A stretch of 64,000 nt of DNA from Selaginella moellendorffii (Eukaryota > Plantae > Lycopodiophyta), in NCBI RefSeq assembly GCF_000143415.4, contig NW_003314270.1, positions 3,085,478-3,149,477 of the forward strand, read 5' to 3'. How positions within the stretch are numbered: the stretch's first letter is position 1; each line of letters starts with the position of its first letter. Both the position numbers and the translations under genes were made by a program. Under the pieces are notes generated by a model. The model was not told the DNA's origin, made no database searches, and saw nothing but the letters and a program-made list of their open reading frames with translations. Shown piece after piece: positions 27,629 through 38,934 of this stretch.

Positions 27629-29174
27629 GCTAGGTGCCAAGGATGGGAATAGTAACACATGTGGGTGTTACTTTATAAAATGGTTTACCGTTCGATGAGG
27701 ACATCGAACTTCGTCTATGGGTGGTGGAGTTGTGAGACACAAAATCCTTAGGCCCCAAAGTGGAGCCGGAAAGGGTGCCATGTGGTAGTGGCCGAAGCAA
27801 AAGCCAAATGAGCGTAACACGTTTGGACTAAAAGCTCCGACTTCAAAGGTCGAGAGCGGGAGTGGAACTCCCAACAAAGTGCTCAAGGAATGAGCACGAA
27901 GCGAGCCATAAGCGAGGCTCTACAAAGGGACCCAAAGGGACCAATATATGACACGTGGAAGAGTCCAAGATTAGAGTGAACACGGACCGACAAGTGGGGT
28001 AGCTTGGTGAAGTGTTCAAGAGCCGGCTCTAGTTCCCCCGGGAGATCGACTGGCCGATGCTCCCAGTCCAAGTGTGGGTGGCACTACCTACTTGGATACC
28101 AGGCATGGCTCAACAGAACCTCGCTCTAAGCCCATGGCTAGAGCACCCAAAGGTGGAAGGCGGGGAAAGTACCCAGGTGGCTTGCGTAAGGCCACGGTGT
28201 TCCGAAATGTTGTCCCAAAGGCCCAGACGGTGGAAAGGAAGAGGAGCAGTCCTCTGGGGTAGTGACCAAGGACACAGTCGTGGGGAGAGGAAGTCCTAGA
28301 GGACCGTGGGACTTAGTGGTCGGGCCTGTGGGCCTCGATCCAGTGGCAGTGTTGGCAAACACGGCCAGGGGCAGAAAGGGACTTAGTGGGGACTGACAGA
28401 GGGATATTGGGGAAGGTTGTTCCCCTTATCGATGGGCATCCTAAGGATGCTAAAGAGTGGATCTCAGATGACCACTCACGAATGGTTTGCCTAGTCTTGG
28501 AGAGCCAAGACTGTGATGCAAGTGGTATTGGACTACCAGTGTGGCAAAGGTGATTGAGCATGGCCTTAGCGTAACAGGTTGCTATATCGGTGGTACCTTT
28601 GAGTGTCGGTCATGGGATCGGACACGTGGAGCACTTGGACCAAGTGCAAGGGTTGAGTGGCATGGATGCCATTCTTGGGGCTAGCAAGTCCCAAGTTCTG
28701 AATTGGACTTATGGAGGTCGTGAATGAGACTCCTCCAAGTGGTCGGAGGTGTGGTTAAGTGACTAAAGTAGAATGGAAAATTTAGTCACTTACAGTACCT
28801 AAGCTACCTTTAGATGTTAGAAAGTTTACTCTGTACCTTAGGGCTTTGAGGTATAGTAAAAGGGTGCCAATTTGTCACACATCTAGTTTGTACCGGCATC
28901 AAATACCCTGAACACTGCAAATGCCTGCTCAAGGCAATTGGGTTGACAGGAGCAAGAAGAGTGTAGACTTATGCTCAAGTTGCTCAAAGTTGCCCAAAAT
29001 GCCTGTGAAGAAGAGAAATAAGGGTGAAAATGGAAGGAGATATAGGCCTCAAGCATATATAACCGTTAATCTGTAGAGTAACTGCTGACCTCTTGCAGTA
29101 GCTGGTAACCAGTAACTAGTAACTAGTAACCAGTAATTGGGGATCTATAACCTGTAACCAATAACCCCCTGCTC

Positions 29175-29283
29175 TCGCTCCTACTCCTATGCCTACTCCA
29201 GCACCAACTCCTACCCCTGTGCCTACTCCTACTCCTACGCCAACTCCTGTTCTTACTCCTGTTCCTATGCCTACTCTTGCTCC
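29175..29283. repeat. Degenerate (CCTACT)n hexamer tract within the chromovirus LTR
   Basis: Run of CCTACT/CCTATG/CCTGTT units. Confidence 0.7.
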
Positions 29284-31357
29284 CCAACGATTGCTTAGTT
29301 CCTAAGGAACTCCTAAGAAAGTTTAGCCCAAAAGAGAAAAATGAGTCCTCTGGTCTTGATCTTTCCCCATTTTGACTGTTGGTGGGCTCATTGGAAAGGG
29401 CTCAGCCCTGTCTACCCTCAATATCAAGAGTTGCTCTTTGGGACAAACTTAAAACTTATTAAATATAGAATGTCTCTAGATTGTGAATTTGGACATGAGA
29501 CGAATACCAGTGTGTTTATAACAATCTCTACATTTTATAGATATGCCAAATGAGCAAATTTAGACACTTTCCATAATTAACATTTGGAATCAATATGAAA
29601 TTAACACAAAGGGCATGATAGCGAGGGTGTTTGGCAGACACAGTAAGCTATCATTTAGTGAATATTGAGGGACCAATCTCAATATCACAAGGGTTTTTTA
29701 TACTAGCAAGTGCAAGCCAATGACACGAGTTTTTCAAACCAAGTGAGTAGCTCAACAACAAACACATAGGGTTCCTACCTTATATTTATCCAATTTAAGT
29801 GCAAGGTCATTGACCAGTTTCTCAACTAGCTCAAGTGGGAACGATAAAAGGAATCAATTTTATCGACCTTCTGTAGTCATGGCAATAAGGAAAGAGTGTT
29901 TGTAAGGATTGGCTGACAAGTATTTTTTGATACCTGAAGTCACATTCGCGACACTCTTCCCCCCTTGGGAAAAATCGACGTCCTCGTCGATGCTTACCCA
30001 AGTCTAGCAAACAGTCAAGGAAACAACTCCGAAAGTTAACGGAAAGCACACTATGTGGAAAACGCATCGACTTAAATGAGTTATGGAATGACCTCTCCTC
30101 TACGTCCAAAAACGTTAAAATTGAGATACCCTCCAATCGTCACCGACAAGAAAATGACTAATGGAGTTAACCACTCTTGCTGCTCCAAGTACCACTCGGT
30201 TTATAAAGGAATGATACATCCAAGCCCGTAGGGACATAGGGAGAAGGCTAGAGGCCCAACTTCCCCTGTGTGAAAAATCAACCCTATCGGGAAGATTTAG
30301 ACAATTATTATAAACTGGTAGAGTAAGTTGTTTACATGACCACGCCCTTATTAAAAAATGAGTCATTGAGAGAGAGGTAGGGACTTGTGATCAATCTATA
30401 ATAGTTATCCCTATGGTGATGGATTGGACCCATGCACCAAAGTGCCAAAGTCAACCTGCCAAAACTAACCCAATTACTAACGAACGAGAGAAATGAAACT
30501 TCGATTTATAGAAATATATTACTTTATTGATTTGCAAGATTTATTACAAAGTTTACAAAAGCTAGTCTTTATTACTATTCTCATACTCTATGACAAGCTC
30601 ACGAGCATGTGTAATATTCTTAAGAGGTTCCCAAGTTGATTCATAAATAGGGTAACCTTTCCACTTAAAAGCTCTATTTCGTTAAAGTGGGATTTATTCA
30701 GTAAAATGGGACTAGGTACAAATTTTCAAGTATTTGAAAATGACGTGAAATTATATGTTTTTTGTCCAGGGGCTAGACATATCTGGGGCATGGTGACTAG
30801 CGCGGTGACTTTGTGTCCAGACTGAGTCCATCTGGTTGTATAATAAATCTCATTGTCAAGGTGAACAAGCCGAATCTGAAGCTAAAGAAGAGCAATGGCA
30901 TGCGCGCACACACTATTTGTTTGTTCATTGAGCGTGTGGTGAGCTTTCCAAGATGAACGTCATTCCTATTAGCCAGACATATAACTTAATGGTGAGAACA
31001 TTTAGATATTATTCAATGTTATCTTTTTCTAACGAATCTAATTGTGAAGGTGTAGCAAGAGGCATTGCTAGTTTGGAGAAGTCATTTAACTCATTTGACC
31101 CTTAGTGTATTTTCATGAAACTAAATAACATTCATATTATTAAGGAATTTCTCTAGTACCTTTTTTTTACGACATAGAGGCTTGCATTTCTTTCAAAGGT
31201 GATTTAGTAAAAGGCCTGAGGGCACATGCCATTCTATTTCTCAGACCGGTATTAAGATATACTAGTGCAAAGGGCCACATGCCATCACGCCTCCTCTGAT
31301 TCAGATTCGGATTGTTCACCTTGAAATAAAATACATTAGAAACTTAGTAAAGGAATA

Positions 31358-34300
31358 TTAAATCTCACCTTGAACCCGGGTTATGAATGCTCTTGCTGCA
31401 TCTCTTGCATGGTCTGGCAAGGTGATGGTGGCACTCTGCTTCTGCATCCAACAATGCACAACATTATCCACCGATATGCTCATGCTGGGATCCCTTGGAT
31501 TCAGCACCCATCTCTTTTCTAGGCAATCCTTCGTATATCCGGAACTTGGCTTGAACCACTCCACAGTTACATTGAAGGAGTTAGTTTCCGCGTCCTCCTC
31601 TGCATCAGTGATGCAGCGCCCCACCCATATCATTTGTTTTTTATTACTGGGTCTGACAAGCACGACCATTCCTTTGCAGACTTGTACTGGATTGAATGCT
31701 GAATCAGGTCCCACAATAGTGATCCTCAACATCGTTATCTGTCACTGCATTTCCAGAGGACATTGTTCCGCTACTATCTGGTGCTTTGGGTTCTGGCCAA
31801 AAGGACTCTTCCAATTCTTCATATACAACCGGCCCATTTTGGATAGCAGATATAATCTTCTCCCAGTATTCGAGCAAAGGCTTGCACCTCTTAAAATAGG
31901 ATTCTCCACCAAACACCAACCCCCTCTTCCAGAAGGCAATATGCTGTCTAATCCCAGCCACTATACTTTCCTGGTCTTTGAGTCCATCCGGGTGCATCGG
32001 CCGTGGGGAACCCTGAGGAATCATAGGTTCCCCAGTTATGGGATCTCTCTTGAAGAGTTCAATGCCGTCCACTGGCAGCCACACTGTGTCCCATTCTCTC
32101 ATCTTGTACCTCATCACTGGAGCACCGTCACGCATGCTGAAATGAAATTGAAGAGGCTTGGAATGGCCAATCAGCGTTTCGGATCCGTCCCTGATGTAGC
32201 CTCTTACAAACCCCTTAAAGTCTGGAACCTCTGTCACAAGTGCAGCTTCAACAGTGCCTTTGATGCAATTTTGGAATTCATCGTAGAGTTGTGGGAGGGT
32301 GAGGACATTGGATCGCCGGAGGGACTCTGCCAGGTGACTGAACATGGCATCGATGTCTTCATGAGTGTGCCCAACCATGAGAAAGCCAAGTGTAACCGTT
32401 TCAAATATGCCTTTGGCAACAAGCATTGCCAAGTACGCGAAGACGTACATGTTTTTGTTCTCACTGCCAGCATTGTCTGTTTGGAGCAGAAGATGGGGTG
32501 GAAGGCCACATCGGCCGCAAGAACTTCCTTGAGATTCTGCTTCATTTGGATGAGGCTGTGCATTCACCGGGCGACCAGCCTCGTCGGAATGGCATGAGGC
32601 CTCACGTGATAACCCTACAATCTGACAGCCAACATATTCACTGGGATGGCATGGGGCCCCACGCGATACTGCAAGCCTTTGCTCCTCCTCCAGCTGAACC
32701 CTGTATGGGGTTCGATCGACAAGGGCCTTATGCAAGGGTTGGCCGTTCAGCTCAGTCTGCGCACTTTGCAGAGACCTTAAGTGTTTTGCTAGGGACGCAA
32801 TCATCATGTTTGCACCCCCGCCACCCCATAGAGGTACAAAGAAGTTCCCATAGTTCTGGGCACCATGCCCATGAGCGATTATGCCAAACAGAGACACAGG
32901 CAGCTGCATGGATGAAGAGATTGCCTTGGGGGCAGGATTGAGTCGAGGTAAGCACGTCTTTTTCTGGTCCATTTTGTCGTGGATGATGCAGAGGTAAGAG
33001 TCAGGTCTCTCCATGGAGAGAATCCTGTTATGATAATATGCAGTTCTGCAGCTTCTCTGCTCGATGTTGTGGTCGAGCCGCCTTCTAACCAACGTCTCTC
33101 GCTCTTGAGCGCTGCAAGAATTCTTCGACAAAGCCATTTTGATAGCAGTGCACTCGTCACACTTTGAAAAGCTGGAGTACTTTCCTATACTCACATCCCT
33201 GAACCTGTTGCTCCACAATCAACTAAATCTAGATTGGCTCAGCTTCCTGTAGCCATTACTCTGGAGTTCCCGATTCACATCTTCCAATATGGCCCCCTTG
33301 GTATACATGGAAGGGAGAACTCGTTGGGTGTCTCGTGTTCCATCTTCCAAGAGGCGGGTTTTATGTGGTTGCTGCTCGCTACATGTCTCGACAAACCTCT
33401 TGAAGATTGCCTCTCCATATACAACATGACCCCTGGTTTTGTGCGTACCGTCGTTCCCATGGACTGCCTGTTGAACCCTTTGTTCCTCGAACTCAGTTTT
33501 GATTCTGTAGAATGTGGTTCGAGGGACTCCATAAATGATTCTCCATGCCTTCATGCAGACCAAACCCCTCTGGAAGACCATGCCCCCCACCTGATGTTCT
33601 GAAGCATCAACAGATGACCGTAATGCCTCATACACAAAATTGCGAGCTGCCTTCCAGGACAATGTCTTGTATCTTGCTCTCTCCTCTTCAATAGCATCCC
33701 AATCAGCATGTTGACAGCACCTCCTCTTGCAACAAGCAACTGTCGAGACCATTCGAACCTCCATTGCCATTTTCTGCCTTTTCGGTTCGTTGCTCAGATC
33801 CCTTTGGCTGCGCTGTAGGAAGGTGTACTTTCTTTTCCCATGAAGAGATGTTCTGTCATCAGTTGTAGTGGTGTTTGATTGTGAGTCCTTCACATTCTCA
33901 AACACTAAATGCCTCAATTTCCACCGCACAATGCTTCCAATAGTCAGACTGTTTTCTTCTGTGTCAACAACCTCTAAAATTGCAACTCCAATATCATCCC
34001 AGCCCAATTCTTGATTAGCAACCGCATCTCTTGGATCGACAACTGTGGCTAAGCCCTCAGCTACCACCTCCCCCTCGGGGTTGTTTAGAAACACCTTTGC
34101 CTGAATCCATGTAGCACGGTTCTTAAGATCCACGGAGGGAACATGCGTCGCACTTGCGCTGTCCCCAACATCTGCTTTCTTCTGCAGATTTTTCAAGGCA
34201 ACAACAACATTTACCCCGACGACCATCTCTCCTCGTTCAATAGCGACCACATTCCCATCGAAGACAGTCTCTACTGATACAGCAGCATTGCCTTCCCCAA

Positions 34301-34409
34301 GCCTTTGACAGTGTATAACAAAGTTCCGATCCATAGACACAAGGGTCCCTTTTGCAACTCTCTTCCCACCATTCAAAATGTAAACCTTTTCCCCAACCCT
34401 GAAGGCCAT
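31358..34409 (-). pseudogene. Sola-like DDD transposase with two N-terminal TnpA-like repeats and a C-terminal BAH/SH3-like domain; one in-frame stop (33219-33221) and one frameshift (near 31715)
   Basis: FSKCDEC Cys motif and catalytic-type motifs IIHDKMDQ, LQTDNAGSENKN and FLMVGHTHEDIDAMFS; ORFs 33219-34409 and 31704-33218 are in the same frame, and copy 2 has AGA where copy 1 has TGA; superfamily call by motif recall. Confidence 0.8.
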
Positions 34410-35419
34410 TCTGAAAGTGCAGAAAAGAAGTTAAGACCATACAAAAAATGATTGAAGAATGGCCTAAATCATAACATACCAAATAGCATGAGGCCACATG
34501 CCATTATTCAAATATGCTATTGACACCCACGTGAAATTTCGCATTCACAAAATTGGCATGAGCCCTCATGCCATTAGTGGTACCACTAATGGCATGAGGC
34601 CTCACGCTATCTTTGGCCCCTGCTAGCCTGTTGCTATATTCCTTTTGCCTTGTGACAACTGTATATATTTTTGTGTGCGTGACTAGTCACCCATACCATG
34701 AGAATATATACTAGTTGCCAGCATGGCATATGGACTATGGCAATAGGCTAGTAGCGGCCAAAGATGGCATGAGGCCTCATGCCATCTTGATATACACACA
34801 GCTGCAGGCAAGTAAAAACATACATGACAATACGCTAGCCATGAAATTGCAAGGGCCCAAGATGGCATGTGGCCTCATGCCATTTCTAAATGTGGTCCTA
34901 AACCATTCCATGGTGAACATACCAGGAAGCACAAGTGCCGAATATCAAGAGGAAGCGGTAGCCACACCAAAGACAGTGCCGCTCGCAACACCGCAACTAC
35001 TCGTAGCGCCGCTCGCAACACCGCAACTGCTCGTAGCGCCGCTCGCACAAACTGCCACTCGCATAAACTGCCGCTCGCAATGGCCCTCGCAATGCCGCAA
35101 CCGCTTGTAGACGCATAAACCACAGCTCACAACGCCGCTTACACAAGCAGCGCTCACTGCGCTCAGCGGAACCAAGAACACGGCGCACAAAAATGATAGA
35201 CCTAGGAATGAGTTCGAGAATTTAAAAATAACACACGCTTGAACGTCACATCAAATCCTCTGACAAACTAGATCTTATGATTCCTCTGACAAATTTCAAA
35301 CTGAGTAGCTTCTAGACTTTGCTGTCGGAGGTTGAACTTTGTCACATCATGTCCTTGCCTCGATCCAGCTGTGCCATGTCAGTGATTCGAACTTTGCCAT
35401 GCCATGTCAGCGATCCGCG

Positions 35420-38147
35420 CCAAGATTATTCGCCGTGTAAAGGAATAATTATGCTGTGTGTGTACGTCCATTTATGGCAATATAAGGCCACATGCCATTC
35501 AAAGAATAATGCTAGTCGAGCATCTTTTGGTGCATTTTTGGGTTCAAAATTGCATGAGCCCACACGCTATAAAGTTTACCTGTACCAAAAATAGAAACAG
35601 CTTTATTTACTTGGGAATTTATATGGTTGAGGCATTTTTAAACTTACAAACACATGCCCTACTTACATTCCTTTGGTTGCTTAAAATTCAAAAATATTAT
35701 AAACCTTTCTTTTTGCATTTTCAATGTTTTCAATTATGGTTTTTGATTTTCGCAGGACCAGCCTAGTAATCTATTTGCATCCCGTCATGTTTATAGCTAG
35801 CTTTCGTTTGTCCCCTTCGCTAGCCTGAGATACATCTGCTCGGCATCTGCCTCTTACAGCATTTGCCCAGAAAGGGCATCTTTCTTCACGCAGCATTTGC
35901 CACATGTTTAGGGTTAGGGTTTAGGGTTTAGGGTTTAGCAATTCAGTAGCTTGATAAACATGCAAATACAGAACTTGATGCAAAATCCTTTGATATGTCA
36001 CAATGCCCCTAGGACCATAAACACATTTCAATAGAGAGGGTCCTTTCATTTCATAACTCCTTACGTAGATCTTGGTGAAACCAGAGTTAGTGAAGTTGGT
36101 TTCTTGTAATCCCGCATCTGATTGTGATGTCCCTTTGCAGTGTCGATGGAAAGGTCAATGCACACCAAACTGTAGAATCTTGGAGCAAAATAACGGTCGG
36201 ATCTATGGCAGATGCCCCTGAAACATTGTAAGGCTCGTGTGGTCTCATGTGGTGTCCGATCGAGATGCTTCTTTGCAGGGTCATCAAGAAGGACATTGTA
36301 TACCATTCTGTAAAATCTGGTTGCGATCTAACGGTTGGATCTCCAGGAAACTCAAAACAATCTCGCGCGTGTCAGAATATTCTAGGAATATACTCCTATG
36401 TGCTCCAAGATTATTCGCCGTGTAAAGGAATAATTATGCTGTGTCATTTATGGCAATATAAGGCCACACGCCATTCAAAGAATAATGCTAGTCGAGCATT
36501 TTTTGGTGCATTTTTGGGTTCAAAATTGCATGAGCCCACACGCTATAAAGTTTACCTGTACCAAAAATAGAAACAGCTTTATTTACTTGGGAATTTAAGT
36601 GGTTGAGGCATTTTTAAACTTACAAACACATGCCCTACTTACATTCCTTTGGTTGCTTACATTCCTTTGGTTGTTAGCTTTCGTTTGTCCCCTTCACTAG
36701 CCTGAGATACATCTGCTCGGCATCTGCCTCTTACAGCATTTCCCCAGAAAGGGCATCTTTCTTCACGCAGCATTTGCCACATGTTTAGGGTTTAGGGTTT
36801 AGGGTTTAGCAATTCAGTAGCTTGATAAACATGCAAATACAGAACTTGATGCAAAATCCTTTGATATGTCACAATGCCCCTAGGACCATAAACACATTTC
36901 AATAGAGAGGGTCCTTTCATTTCATAACTCCTTACGTAGATCTTGGTGAAACCAGAGTTAGTGAAGTTGGTTTCTTGTGATCCCGCATTTGATTGTGATG
37001 TCCCTTTGTAGTGTCGATGGAAAGGTCAATGCACACCAAACTGTAGAATCTTGGAGCAAAATAACGGTCGGATCTATGGCAAATGCCCCTGAAACATTGT
37101 AAGGCTCGTGTGGTCTCATGTGGTGTCCGATCGAGATGCTTCTTTGCAGGGTCATCAAGAAGGACATTGTATACCATTCTGTAAAATCTGGTTGCGATCT
37201 AACGGTTGGATCTCCAGGAAACTCAAAACAATCTCGCGCGTGTCAGAATATTCTAGGAATATACTCCTATGTGCTCCAAGATTATTCGCCGTGTAAAGGA
37301 ATAATTATGCTGTGTCATTTATGGCAATATAAGGCCACACGCCATTCAAAGAATAATGCTAGTCGAGCATTTTTTGGTGCATTTTTGGGTTCAAAATTGC
37401 ATGAGCCCACACGCTATAAAGTTTACCTGTACCAAAAATAGAAACAGCTTTATTTACTTGGGAATTTAAGTGGTTGAGGCATTTTTAAACTTACAAACAC
37501 ATGCCCTACTTACATTCCTTTGGTTGCTTACATTCCTTTGGTTGTTAGCTTTCGTTTGTCCCCTTCACTAGCCTGAGATACATCTGCTCGGCATCTGCCT
37601 CTTACAGCATTTCCCCAGAAAGGGCATCTTTCTTCACGCAGCATTTGCCACATGTTTAGGGTTTAGGGTTTAGGGTTTAGCAATTCAGTAGCTTGATAAA
37701 CATGCAAATACAGAACTTGATGCAAAATCCTTTGATATGTCACAATGCCCCTAGGACCATAAACACATTTCAATAGAGAGGGTCCTTTCATTTCATAACT
37801 CCTTACGTAGATCTTGGTGAAACCAGAGTTAGTGAAGTTGGTTTCTTGTGATCCCGCATTTGATTGTGATGTCCCTTTGTAGTGTCGATGGAAAGGTCAA
37901 TGCACACCAAACTGTAGAATCTTGGAGCAAAATAACAGTCGGATCTATGGCAAATGCCCCTGAAACATTGTAAAGCTCGTGTGGTCTCAGGTGGTGTCTG
38001 ATCGAGATGCTTCTTTGCAGGGTCATCAAGAAGGACATTGTATACCATTCTGTAAAATCTAGTTGCGATCTAACGGTTGGATCTCCAGGAAACTCAAAAC
38101 AATCTCGCACGTGTCAGAATATTCTAGGAATATACTCCTATGTGCTC
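35420..38147. repeat. Internal tandem array, 3 units (one of about 985 bp, two of 871 bp), each with a (TTTAGGG)n tract
   Basis: Equivalent short ORFs recur at 36061/36932/37803 (period 871); telomeric tracts at 35907-35938, 36784-36809 and 37655-37680. Confidence 0.92.
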
Positions 38148-38934
38148 CTGAAAATGGCATGCGGCCCCACGCCATTCAAGAGATAACGCCAGATGACGCC
38201 GAGCATTTTTTGGTGCATTTTTTGGGATCAAAATTGCATGAGCCCACATGCTTGAACGTCACATCAAATCCTCTGACAATTTATTTAGCTGAACATCTGG
38301 CATTTTTGGAAATACAAGATGCTTTGGAATATCCAATCATGCATGGTATAAATATAGCGAGGGTATTAAATGATATCCCAATCATGATCTTTCTTTTGGA
38401 TTTCGCGTGCATGCAGTCCGAGGAATGATGACGTTGTGGATTTCTTTTGGATTTCACGCATGCGCGCGCCGATCCAGAAATTAATGGTGGCGCCCAAGTC
38501 CGAGAAATGATGACGTGGCGGGATTACCAACCGTCGTGACATTTCGCGCGTGTGAGGTTAGGTTTTGCATTTTGCTTCGTACTCGCGCTCGCACACTCGC
38601 GCTCCCACTCGCGCTCGCATCGCGCTCCCACTCGCGCTCCCACTTCTCTACAGGTTTCTCGTGTGCATCGGCGTCCACTCGCGCTTGCATCACACTCGCG
38701 CTCGCATCGCGCTCGTGTGCATCGGCGTCCACTTCAAGACACACCCAGTTTGTAACTTCGCCGCCAACTCCGCCGCCCACTCCGCCACCCACACGCAGCC
38801 CACTTGGCGTCCCGGGAGATTTCAGCGCCACTCTCCAACTTTAAGTGGCAGAGTAGCCTTGCTGCTACAATCCGCTGCACACACAGTGCACATTCGCCAG
38901 CGAGTCCGGTTGTCACGCCTCCATTCGGCTTCAA

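Larger units (their letters stand above)
23101..28794 (+). mobile_element. Non-coding LTR element (LARD-like) with asymmetric LTRs
   Basis: TSD GTACC (23096-23100, 28795-28799); 5' LTR 23101-23583 followed by PBS TGGTATCGAAGC; PPT-like GGGTGGTGGAGT before the 3' LTR at 27731-28794; first ~240 bp of the LTRs near-identical; no recognisable gag/pol inside. Confidence 0.8.

Noticed and set aside
31383-32597. 404-aa plus-strand ORF
   Set aside because: Antisense shadow of the transposase with no recognisable motif
35907-37680. Chromosome end or telomere fusion scar
   Set aside because: The tracts are short, internal to the transposon and present in both copies
35420-38147. CRISPR-like array or coding function for the repeated 62-107 aa ORFs
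   Set aside because: Whole units are duplicated with no unique spacers; the ORFs overlap on both strands and show no recognisable motif
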